This document shows positions 12,197 through 22,280 of a stretch of DNA of 64,000 nucleotides, in pieces. Location: contig NW_027191463.1 in assembly GCF_011745625.1 (NCBI RefSeq), positions 248,001 to 312,000 on the forward strand, written 5' to 3'. This DNA comes from Cladosporium halotolerans. Lineage: Eukaryota. Every line of letters begins with the position of its first letter. The first letter of the stretch is position 1. The notes beneath the pieces were generated by a model. The model made no database searches. It was not told the DNA's origin and saw only the letters and a program-made list of their open reading frames with translations. The position numbers and the translations under genes are program-made.

Positions 12197-14486
12197 ATGG
12201 ATGAAACGGACCGACAAATGATGGATGCAGAGAGGAACGCTAGCCCAGAGAGGTTCCATTCACCAGGCTCTTCGCCGGCACGACAAACTTTCAGTGCAGA
12301 TCTACCCACGGTGGAAGGAGAAGCAATATCGCGCTCAGCAACGGCAGATACATCCAGCTCTAGCTGTTCCAGTGTCTCTCGGGTTTCTGTAGTAAGAGAA
12401 GAGATTGGCATGTCGAGGATGCCCACTCAACGAGACGATGCCAATCTAGAAAGACACCGCACGGCGCTTAGTCGCGTACAGACAGGCCGAAGCCAACAGA
12501 ATATCACGGTCGGTGCGGGCTTGAGAAGTCGAACAGTCACGAGGGAGAGCAAGAAGCCACTGCCAAATTTTGGAGGAGGCAGAGAATACCCGCCGATGCT
12601 TCCAGCGCGAGACGAGTATGTCGTAGAGTTTGACGGTCCTAATGATACCCTGCACGCGCAGAACTGGCCTTTGCGGAAGAAGCTGCCCGTCGCGATCACC
12701 TTGGGATTCGTGACCCTGACTGCCGCCTTTGGATCTTCCATTTTCTCCGCCGCGATTGGATCTGTCGCCCGACAATATGGTGTGTCGGGCCAGGTCGGTA
12801 TCCTTGGGGTCTCCCTCTATGTCCTTGGATTCGCGACAGGTCCTATCATCTGGGCACCAGCGTCTGAGCTGTATGGTCGAAGATACCCGCTAATTGTCTC
12901 ATCCTTTGGGTTTTCCATCTTTAACATTGCCGTAGCTGCTGGCAAAGACCTGCAAACCATCTTCATATCGCGTTTCTTCGGCGGATTCTTCGGCGCTTGT
13001 CCACTCACCGTGGTTGGCGCTGTCTTTGCTGACATGTTGTGAGCATGCATCCGATCATTTTGATATACCAGGTCACTGATGCAGGCTAGTAACAACCAAC
13101 AGCGAGGTATCGCGATCTCCCTGTTCTCGATGATGGTCTTCAGCGGGTCAGAAACACCGAAAGGAACGTCCCTTCAACTGCTCTAATGCGATCACAGGCC
13201 TTTGTTAGCCCCTTTCATTGGGGGATTCATCGATATGTCTTATCTTGGCTGGCGCTGGACTGAATACATCACTGCCATCATGGGCTTCCTCGGCGTACGT
13301 GTACATCTTGTGATTATGCTTTGTACAACGCCGCTGATGATTTGTGGCTTGCTCTTGAGATCCTCTTTCTAGAGGAGACCTACCCTCCAGTGATCTTGGT
13401 TAACAAAGCAGCCGAATTAAGACGTCGGACGCAGAATTGGGGGATTCATGCCAAACAGGAAGAGATCGAGGTCGACCTCCGCGAACTGCTGGAGAAGAAC
13501 GTCTCGCGTCCGCTTCGTCTCCTCTTCACGGAGCCTATTATCCTAGCCATCAGCATCTACATGGCTTTCGTTTATGGCCTGCTGTACCTCTTCCTTACGT
13601 TCTACCCTATCGTCTTCCAGGGGATACACGGCTTCAATGCAGGCGTGGGAGGGGTATGTGCCGAACATCGTGCAGTACTGAGACGACAACTGCTGACTGT
13701 GTATTCTCAGCTTCCTTTCTTCGGCATGATTCTTGGTAGGTGATGAAGTCTCTCGCCAAGGGAAGGTACGCTGACATCTCAGGTGAAATCATTGCTGGTG
13801 TCTTCATGATCGCCACCTCCCCATCGTACAACCGGAAACTTGCCGCAAACAACAACATGCCAGTACCGGAATGGAGACTCCCACCCGTAATTTTAGGAGG
13901 TATCAGCTTCAGTATCGGTCTGTTCTGGTTTGCTTGGACAGGTAACAGAAGTAGCATTCACTGGATTGCACCTACCCTCTCCGGCCTCGCTACAGGATTC
14001 GGCATCCTTTCGATCTTCCTCAACTGCCTAAATTACCTGATCGACGCCTATCTGATGTTTGCAGCTTCTGCTATTGCCGCGAATACCTTTCTCCGCAGCC
14101 TTGCTGGCGCCGGGTTTCCATTGTTCGCACGGTAGGCTTGTGGCACCGCTACTCGATGTAACCTCCATATTGATGCTGGAACAGCCAGATGATTGAAGGC
14201 ATGGGTGTGGGGCCTGCCGGAAGTCTTCTTGGTGCGGTATCCGTTGCCCTTGTGCCCATGCCCATTCTCTTCTATTATTATGGCGCTAGGTTGAGGGAGA
14301 GGAGTGCTTTCGCGCCGACGTCAGTAAAGTCCTCGGCGTATTTTCATACTTGCCAGCTCGCTGAAATCACGCAGATTTTCTTCAGCAAACCAAGACAGCC
14401 ACGATGCGGCAAGCAGCCAGGAAGACCTTGAGAATGGAAAGGCAGATGAGGCTGTTGTTGAGCCTAAGATCAGTGCTAGACAGTGA
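12197..14486 (+). CDS. MFS transporter, DHA1 multidrug family (about 7 introns)
   Basis: VEFDGPNDTLHAQNWP, GFATGPIIWAPASELYGRR, ISRFFGGFFG, GPLLAPFIGGF..WRW, EETYPPVIL, PEWRLPP, YLIDAY..AASAIAANTFLRS. Exons joined across introns starting near 13040, 13147, 13295, 13654, 13737, 14132 and 14320. Stop TGA 14484-14486. Confidence 0.88.
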
Positions 14487-14598
14487 TGCTGGGCTGGGAA
14501 AAAGGATACGACAAATGCATTGCCTCTGCGTGATCAGATTGAAGCTCTGATTATTACTGATCAGACACAGCATGCTTAGTACTCGTCGAACCATTCAC

Positions 14599-15444
14599 TC
14601 AGCTTCTTCGGTCCCCAAAGATGGTCGCGACCGCTTTCCAATACTGCTCTTTGTGTGTCATAGCATGCGCGCAATGAGCACTAGACTCAAACAGCAGCTC
14701 TTGCACCTTCGAATAGCCTTTACGGCGTGCGTCCGCTACATGGCTCGCCACGTCATCTTCTAGCACAAGTTGGTCCGCCTTGGAATAGACGTAGAGCCTT
14801 GGTACATTCAGAGCAATCATAGCAGGGTCGTTGGTCTGTTTCCTGATGCGTGATACTGCATTCTCGACCTGGAAGAGGAAGAAGTAGATGTTGAACATGC
14901 AGATCATCAGGTGAACCAATGGTACCCCTACGATCCTCGAGAGGGGATGCTTCGGAAGTGACAGGCTCATGGCGTGGACCGATCGATGGTATGTAGCCTC
15001 TCCTGGGCAGCTGTCGAGGACGATGGCGTTGAACACTTGTACACGATGTTCGCTCGGAAGGCTGGCGATTAGCTGTGTGGCACACTGAAGGCCGCCGTTG
15101 GAGAACGAATGTAGCGCAACACTGTGTTCTACTCGGTCACTGCTGGAGGAAGAGATGTGCGAAAGTAGAACATCGCGTGCAGGTCGTATCGCCTCGTGCT
15201 GTGTCCGGTTGGTACGGAGGACAAAGTCGGCAACGGAGGATTCCAGGACAAGTAAGCTGGCAGTCGGATATAGCTGGCGGTATTGCTGTGTGTACTTTGC
15301 GATGTGTTTTCGGTGCGCCGACATCCAAGTGCACAGGACGACCAGAGATGGGCCAGTCTCATGCCTCCTGTTTGGCGGCTGGCCAAAATATGAGATGGAG
15401 TCACTGAGCGCCACAAAGTCGCTCAGTGGTTGGCGTAACGACAT
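14599..15444 (-). CDS. DUF829 / TMEM53 / PaxU-like alpha-beta hydrolase-fold protein
   Basis: Family motifs LVVLCTWMSA..KHIAKY, HSFSNGG (nucleophile elbow), IVLDSCPG, PRLYVYSKAD, SAHCAH..YW. Single exon, 281 aa. Confidence 0.85.
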   Translation of the reverse strand: MSLRQPLSDFVALSDSISYFGQPPNRRHETGPSLVVLCTWMSAHRKHIAKYTQQYRQLYPTASLLVLESSVADFVLRTNRTQHEAIRPARDVLLSHISSSSSDRVEHSVALHSFSNGGLQCATQLIASLPSEHRVQVFNAIVLDSCPGEATYHRSVHAMSLSLPKHPLSRIVGVPLVHLMICMFNIYFFLFQVENAVSRIRKQTNDPAMIALNVPRLYVYSKADQLVLEDDVASHVADARRKGYSKVQELLFESSAHCAHAMTHKEQYWKAVATIFGDRRS

Positions 15445-16318
15445 GATCTATATCTGCCGCGACAATGTTGGCCCGTCGGGGATAGATGAGAAAATCCGTG
15501 GCTACTCTTGGAGCTTAAGCAGAGGTCAGAGTCGATGCATTGGTTATTGCTGACCATAGTGAAAATTGTTTGGTCTTCAGCCGCGGTCCGAGGTCATCAG
15601 CGCTCCGCCAACTGGGTTGCCTCATCACAACAATCACGACGTGTCTAGGCCCTTAAAGTGTTTTTGGTATACGCGTTCGCAAGTCTCGGTCAGTGAATGA
15701 TTGATCACCCTCTGCGAACATCTCTTACGAGCTTGGCGGATGCAGATTTCACATCATACCAAAGATGTTACCACGTTCAGAACCCAAGCGAATCCAGCGC
15801 GTACACACCACGCACGAAATCAAGGCAACGCCGCAAGCCGCATGGAGCGAGAAATCGATCGAGATACTTTATCTTGCATAATACGTCAAAATCATGGCGA
15901 CTTCTCAAAAGACAAAAACATACAACAGGCGGGATTCCCAGATGGTCACCCACTCTAGTACTAGTCGCCCGGTTCAGTGCTTATGTATGGCAGAGCGGAC
16001 GGGATGCCCAGTTTTCACTGACCTGTGGTCGTATGTGGTTTCTGACGTAAAAAATTCGAATATATACCTACAAATTTAAAACAGGGTTGCCACGCTAATA
16101 AACTTGACGCTACATGGGTAGCGGTGTAGGTATATGAGCCAGTGCATCTTCGCAGCTTTGAGGACGCTCTAGCCACGTCAGTCATATCATCTTCCTTTGA
16201 CTGCATGCGATTAATATTAAATCTATGTACGTGATCCTCGGTAGGGGTATCTGCCTTGCGTATATCATTCTGCAATAATAAGTTCATTACTGATGCAACC
16301 GACGTTACACAGCTAATG

Positions 16319-17562
16319 TTATCTGATCGACTTGAGGCCAAAGAACTCGAACTCGCTTCGCTCACTTGGCGTTCTAGTACTCCTATTAGGCACGATAGCT
16401 TCTTGGCTGGAAGTGTCAACATCGTAGCTTGAAGTCTTCAAAATGCCCGTGCCGTATTGATCATCGGTGGAGCGCCCAGGCTGCGAGACGAAGTTGTCTG
16501 TGGCTTTTTGGCTCGAGTACCCAGAAAGCTCCAGCGCCCTACCGTGGGCATACCCCCTAGTAGAATATGACATGTTGCCCCGGGATGTATCGAGGAGATT
16601 CGGAATATACTTCTTCGTGAATGCTTTCAGCGCTGGACCGCTTGAGGCGATAATGGCGCTATGTGCAGCGGGTCAGACATTGGATACTAGCTTTGGACGG
16701 TGGTACTTACATATTGACCTCTGCGCCTGAAATGGTGTAAGCAACGCTATACGAGCGGTCTATGTTTTCCGGCTGGAAACGGTAATAATACAAGGCAATC
16801 CGCACTGCTCCGATAACGGCCACCACCCAACCCAAGGACATGACGGCCCACACAGCGATCTTTTTTGACCTTTTCAATTTCAGCTTCCAGACCATGGCCG
16901 CCGGAATTATCATGATAAGTATGTCTGTTAGCACGGAAAGGCCGGCGGTGATGAGGAAGAAGTTGACTTGTTGGATGCATGTCCCGGCTTTCTCGGCCAC
17001 GTTACCCTCTGCATCGTACTCATCGGCCCCGTAGTGGTTCCAATAGTACGCTACTGGCGTGCATTGGCACAAATCTGCCAAGAAAGTTGCGATAGCCAGG
17101 CCTAAGTTGAGAATGAAGAACGAAGTGAGCGACCACCGGATGACTTTCCGCTTGTCTTCAAGACGCCACAGGAAGAAGATGATAGAAGCCTTGACCAGAG
17201 CCAGGATGGGGTTGTACAAGAGCTGGTTCGCCAAGTCGTACTTTGATGCTTGCATTCTGTCTTCGACAGACAGATCGGGTATGTCGTAGTAGTGGTAACC
17301 TTGCCAACTCTTGAGGCTATAGAGGTACACCATGACCGCCTGACCGATTGCAAACGACCATGCAACAACGATGGTGTAGTCATCTGCGAGCGTTATTGTC
17401 AGGCAAACCATCTCTGTTCTCTTCTGCTGCCACGGACAAGTTACCGAGGAAAAATTGCCTCATCGAGATGCGCGTGTAGACTCTCAGCGCAACGGTGACG
17501 GTCGCGAGCGACGGCCATAGGATGATCAGCCCCAAGGCAGTGGGCTGAAGTGTTTCGACCAT
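16319..17562 (-). CDS. Fungal rhodopsin-domain (Pth11-like, no CFEM) 7-TM membrane protein; exons 17562-17445, 17383-16711 and 16658-16319, 376 aa
   Basis: VALRVYTR..DDY, YNPILALVKASIIFFLWRL, QCTPVAYYW, TDILIMIIP..VWKL, GAVRI, AEVNIAIIASSGPALK. Two GT-AG introns keep the frame. Confidence 0.88.
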
Positions 17563-18595
17563 ATCGAAGGCGCCGAGCACCAGGAATCTGAGATAGACGG
17601 CCGCATTGAGAGCAGAAACGGGGAGAAGGACTGTACAAGGACCTCAGTGTCTCCAAGATACCGTACCGATGAAGGATTGCAAGAGCCGGGCCCAAGTTGT
17701 CCGGAAACGACATGGTCCGAAGGATGAAACGCTAATGATCTCGCCTATGAAATGGTCAGCGACAACAGGCTTGGTCGTCAATTATTGCGTAGCACGATAA
17801 CGCACGGAGTTGTCTAGGCAGCTTGATCAGGCAGTTGAATTGACGCGAAGGTTGACGGTCCATAAACCAATCTCGAGCAGCGAATAAGAACGCCCATTCT
17901 CCCCAACGACTCGCCTACCCCAGCGAACGCCGTCTCTCAAGGCCTTGGCCAACTCACAAAGACCCTTTCTCGCAAGTCACATAGGTGTCATGCGGGTCAA
18001 ACTTGACTTGGACATACGGCGCAACACCAGCTTCATAACGGCATCTGAGCGTTGGAATTGCGGAAGGTTATCTCGTTTCGCGCAATACATTGCGCGATCA
18101 TTGAAATCGGGCCTATGCAATCGAAATCGCAACCGATGCTGTCTGGTAGAAACGATGGTGTGCTCCTCCATGCGACCTTGTGTGGGCTTAAAGATAGCGT
18201 GTTCCTTCGTGTGAGGGGCGGCAAGCTGCCAGCGGCGGCATGCGCGGCTCTTTTGCTCCATCCGGAATCTCATCAGCGGGACTCGGGATTTGCAGCATCC
18301 TCCTCATGAGACTTGCGACTTCGACTCCACTCGAGACGAGCGGATTCGGAGCTCCATAACGGAGGTCTCCATGCCAGTCATACATTGTGTTGCTCTTTGT
18401 GATTGCATCTCCCGACCCTAGGCCTGAGCAAGGTCGGTACCTCCACGTCGGCAAGTTATGTTGCCACGCGAGCCGGGAGCAATATTGATTGCCCGGGATG
18501 TGTGCAGGTTTGGTTGAAGGTCCATCGCCGCCGCATTCTTTTGTTTACCTAGGTGATTACTGCCTTTTCTACTTTCCCTGCACATCGCTTCCATC

Positions 18596-20731
18596 ATGCT
18601 ATTCCCAAGACTTATTTTGGCGTCCTCTTTCATATTGGCAGCAGCGGCGCAACATGGCACCTCATCACCAGTAAGCAGTTCAGCTGCTGCTTCCACTGGG
18701 TCCCCAAGCGCGACTTTGATCTCAGAGGCTGGGCACATCCCCCTTTTTCACTTCGAAGAAGAGCAATGGTCGCAATTGTCGCTGAAAAAGCTTCCCGCGC
18801 CACAGAGACTGCTCTTCTCATTTGACAAAGTTAGGGCCACTGACCGTGTGAGGAATATTGATCGTCCGGCAAATGACACAGGGCATAGAGTGAAACCATC
18901 TTCCACAGCGCTTCTTGAAGATGGAGGTTCAGCGCTGAGAGGACCATCTCCACCCCATCTGCCCAATGGACTACACGACAACGAAGTCCAGGAACGATGC
19001 AAAGTCTACCCTGGCGATCCAGCGTGGCCCAAGCCTGGCGAGTGGGAGCAGCTCAACGATACTCTCGGGGGTGCCTTGATCAAGGGCGTGCCAGCAGCAA
19101 GTGTCTGCTACTTCAACGGCACTCGCCGGCACGACGAAACGGCATGTTCCAAGTTGACCGCCAACTGGACGGATTCGTACACCCACCTAAACGATCCTAT
19201 CGAGATGTTCTCGCCTGTATACCAGGGCCTGACCTGCCAGCCTACGAGTTGGTATGACTCAGGCGAGTGCACACAGGGAGGATACCCGACTTACACTGTC
19301 AACGTCTCTACGACTGCGCAGCTGCAGGTTGCGGTCAATTTTGCGCGCAATACTGGCGTACGCTTTGTCATCAAGAACACTGGACATGACTTTTCTGGCA
19401 AGTCGGGCGGCGCTGGCTCGCTTAGTGTCTGGGTGCACCATCTCAAGGACATTGCCTACATTCCTTCATACGGCAATGCTACTACGGACTACGATGGTCC
19501 GGCGTTTAAAGCGGGAGCTGGCGTGCAAGTCTACGAGATCTATGCTGCTGCCCGCGACCACGGACTGCTCGTGATTGGCGGTGAGGGCCAGACAGTCGGC
19601 GCGATGGGCGGATACGTGCAAGGTGGCGGCCACTCTCCTTTAAGCTCTCTCTATGGCATGGCTGCCGACCAGGTCTTGAACTATGAAATCGTTACCGCAG
19701 ACGGGCGCTTCGTCACAGCCAACGCGAAGGAGAATTCAGATCTTTTCTGGGCGCTACGTGGCGGTGGCGGTTCCACCTATGGCGTTGTCACGTCCGCGGT
19801 CATTAAAGCCTACCCGGACATGAGATTCACTTCGACCTCGTTCTCGTACAGCACGAAGGATGTCTCGCTTGACTCTTTCTGGGCCGGCTTCCGCGCCTAC
19901 CTCAACTACTTCCCCACCAACGTCGCCGCTGGTACCTATAGCTACTTCTTCGTCCTTCCAAGCGGGGACGAATTCACCTTCCTTATGCAGCCCTTCTTTG
20001 CGCCGAACATGTCCAAGAACGAAACCGAGGAATTGTTACGGCCTTGGATGAACGACCTAACCAAACTGGGCATCGACATCAAGCCCAAGTACAAGGAGTA
20101 CAGCACATTTTGGGACGCATGGAACGCCTCTTTTCCCCTCGAAGCCATCGAGAAAACGCACGTTGCAAGCGCCTCGCGTCTTTGGCCGCGCACAAACTGG
20201 TCCAACGAGACCATTCTCAACTCCACCTACGAGGCAATCAAGGCCAGCGCTGACGCAGGTCTGACCACGATTGCTTTCAACCAAGCGCCCACGTGGGCCG
20301 CGGGCGGGAAGCAGGATACGGCCGTCAACCCTGCCTGGCGGGAGACGCTTTGTCATATGATCTCCTCTGTTAATTGGCCCATGTACGCTTCGACAGAGGA
20401 GCAAATGGAGATCAGGCAGGAGTTCACGTTCAAGCACATGCAGCGCTGGCGCGACTTTTCGCGTGGCGCCGGCAGCTACTTGAGCGAGAGCGATCGCTTA
20501 GAGCCTAACTTCCAGTGGGCGTTTTATGGCAGCCACTACCCAAGGCTACTGGAGCTAAAGCAGAAATTCGACCCAAAGAACGTCTTTTGGGCTTCTACGG
20601 CGGTTGGTAGCGAGTTCTTCCAGGTCGAGAGTGTGGATGGGCTGCCAAACGAGAATGGCCCGCTTTGTAGGAAAGATAAGCCTGATATGTACGCAGCGGA
20701 GGGACCGGACTGGGTACCTAGTGAGTGGTAA
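18596..20731 (+). CDS. Secreted FAD-linked oxidoreductase (berberine-bridge-enzyme / VAO-PCMH family, isoamyl alcohol oxidase-like), 711 aa
   Basis: Signal peptide MLFPRLILASSFILAAAA. CKVYPGDPAWP, IKNTGHDFSGKS (flavinylated-His motif), GGGHSPLS..GMAAD, DLFWALRGGGG, C-terminal BBE motif GSYLSESD..YG..YPRLLELKQKFDP. Confidence 0.92.
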   Translation: MLFPRLILASSFILAAAAQHGTSSPVSSSAAASTGSPSATLISEAGHIPLFHFEEEQWSQLSLKKLPAPQRLLFSFDKVRATDRVRNIDRPANDTGHRVKPSSTALLEDGGSALRGPSPPHLPNGLHDNEVQERCKVYPGDPAWPKPGEWEQLNDTLGGALIKGVPAASVCYFNGTRRHDETACSKLTANWTDSYTHLNDPIEMFSPVYQGLTCQPTSWYDSGECTQGGYPTYTVNVSTTAQLQVAVNFARNTGVRFVIKNTGHDFSGKSGGAGSLSVWVHHLKDIAYIPSYGNATTDYDGPAFKAGAGVQVYEIYAAARDHGLLVIGGEGQTVGAMGGYVQGGGHSPLSSLYGMAADQVLNYEIVTADGRFVTANAKENSDLFWALRGGGGSTYGVVTSAVIKAYPDMRFTSTSFSYSTKDVSLDSFWAGFRAYLNYFPTNVAAGTYSYFFVLPSGDEFTFLMQPFFAPNMSKNETEELLRPWMNDLTKLGIDIKPKYKEYSTFWDAWNASFPLEAIEKTHVASASRLWPRTNWSNETILNSTYEAIKASADAGLTTIAFNQAPTWAAGGKQDTAVNPAWRETLCHMISSVNWPMYASTEEQMEIRQEFTFKHMQRWRDFSRGAGSYLSESDRLEPNFQWAFYGSHYPRLLELKQKFDPKNVFWASTAVGSEFFQVESVDGLPNENGPLCRKDKPDMYAAEGPDWVPSEW

Positions 20732-21496
20732 TCCTGTGAGTTTAAAGAACAAAGAGAAGGCGAGAAAGAGATAAAAGCTGGAAGTGTAATGTCTCTGCCT
20801 TCGCGCGAGATAGAGGTTTGGTTGGATTTACGTACGAACCGTATCATGGAGTCGGTGTAACCAGACACTCAATACGCGTAGTGCCAAACAGGTCGAATGT
20901 GTTGCCACCGCACCGTACGTTTTTCGCCATGTCATCTATGTCTCCGTCATTAAGCTCTGTATTGTCATTGGCCTGCATACTCAATCTTTGCATGTTCGGA
21001 ATCCGCTTGTTGTGTGTTCGTTCTGTTCTGTTGGTCATCTCAATGATATGACCGAAGGAGTGCTATTAGCGGCAAACGTGAAACCAGGGCGAACAGCCTT
21101 TTCGACTGCGGTCATTTCGCTCTTTATGAATGCTGTTGTTCCTATGAGTGTTCTCGAACAACCATACAATGTCTATCAGGCCGACAGGGTATACGCAGGG
21201 TACCGCGCAGGGAAACGCGACGAACTCCGTTATGCCGATGCGGACAAAGCGGCAAGGTCCTTCGCACTGGTGGGGATCCATGTGCACCACCGGGATGGTT
21301 TGGTCTAAATATGTCTAAGGAGCCATCGAATGACAACGATGACCGCACGGCGATAGCACTCTTTGTGACGAACGAGATCTCGCTCGAAGTAAATGGAAAA
21401 TCAGACAGGATCTAATATATTCGATACCGTCAATTTCGACTCTCCGGGCCATTGTCATCCAACATGTGTATACGCGACTCCAAACTCAGTCTACGA

Positions 21497-22044
21497 TCAT
21501 CTTCTCTCAGGCACGCCCTTGGGATTGAAGAACGTTCCCTCGACCTCAACAATATCATCATCATTCAAACGATCGACCTCCACGATCGTACGAGGCGGGT
21601 ATCTATCTGGGTCGTTGCCCCAGAGCTCGATCTGCACTTGGTTACACATCGGCCTGTACCTGTACATATCGGTTGTGTAGACAACGATTCGCACAGCATC
21701 GGTAAGCTCTGCGCCCGCCATCTCAGCGAGATCCTGCATGTTTCGGAAAGCTTGGCGGACGCGTGGCAGGCCAGTTGGCGTGAGAGTGCTGTTTTCCTGG
21801 TATATGCCCCGCATGCCTAGATCAATTAACACCTATGTAGCCCCGCGTGTCTTCCAAGGATCCGAGACGTACCTGCAATGTAGAGGCAATCCCCTGCCTG
21901 AGACATCAGGCTCCATGGTCCGGTCGTGTTGAAGAAGGAGGAGAGATTGTAGATCTCGACGCCAGCATTGGACGTGAAATTTGGTTCGAGCTTCGCAAAA
22001 GCCTGTGCGGCGAAAGTTGAGAGGGCGATAGACTGGAAGTGCAT
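21497..22044 (-). CDS. RidA/YjgF/YER057c/UK114 family protein with predicted signal peptide; exons 22044-21873 and 21816-21497, 163 aa
   Basis: GPWS..AGDCLYIAG|MRG..RQAFRNM..AGAELTDAVRIVVYTTDM..YPPRTIVEV..VEVEGTF. Intron 21872-21817 (GTACGT..TAG) keeps the frame. Confidence 0.85.
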
Positions 22045-22280
22045 GGTGGGGTGTAGTGTACTCAGCTGTTTCATGCAAGTGAGAAGAAGGCTCAGCGATC
22101 TAAGCGATCGCCCTGATGCTTCTGGGGCAACAGTACTCCCCACTTCTAGCTCGGTCGTGCATCAACGCAAATTTTAACGACGACACTAACGCCGTCTTCT
22201 TGTGTAACCTATGGAGGGTGGGACTGTAGACAACATTGGCATCCGTATCTCCGATTTTTTTGACACATACGCAAGAGCAT

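Noticed and set aside
12197..22044. Secondary-metabolite (indole-diterpene) cluster suggested by the PaxU-like gene
   Set aside because: No GGPP synthase, prenyltransferase, cyclase, PKS or NRPS gene in the window.
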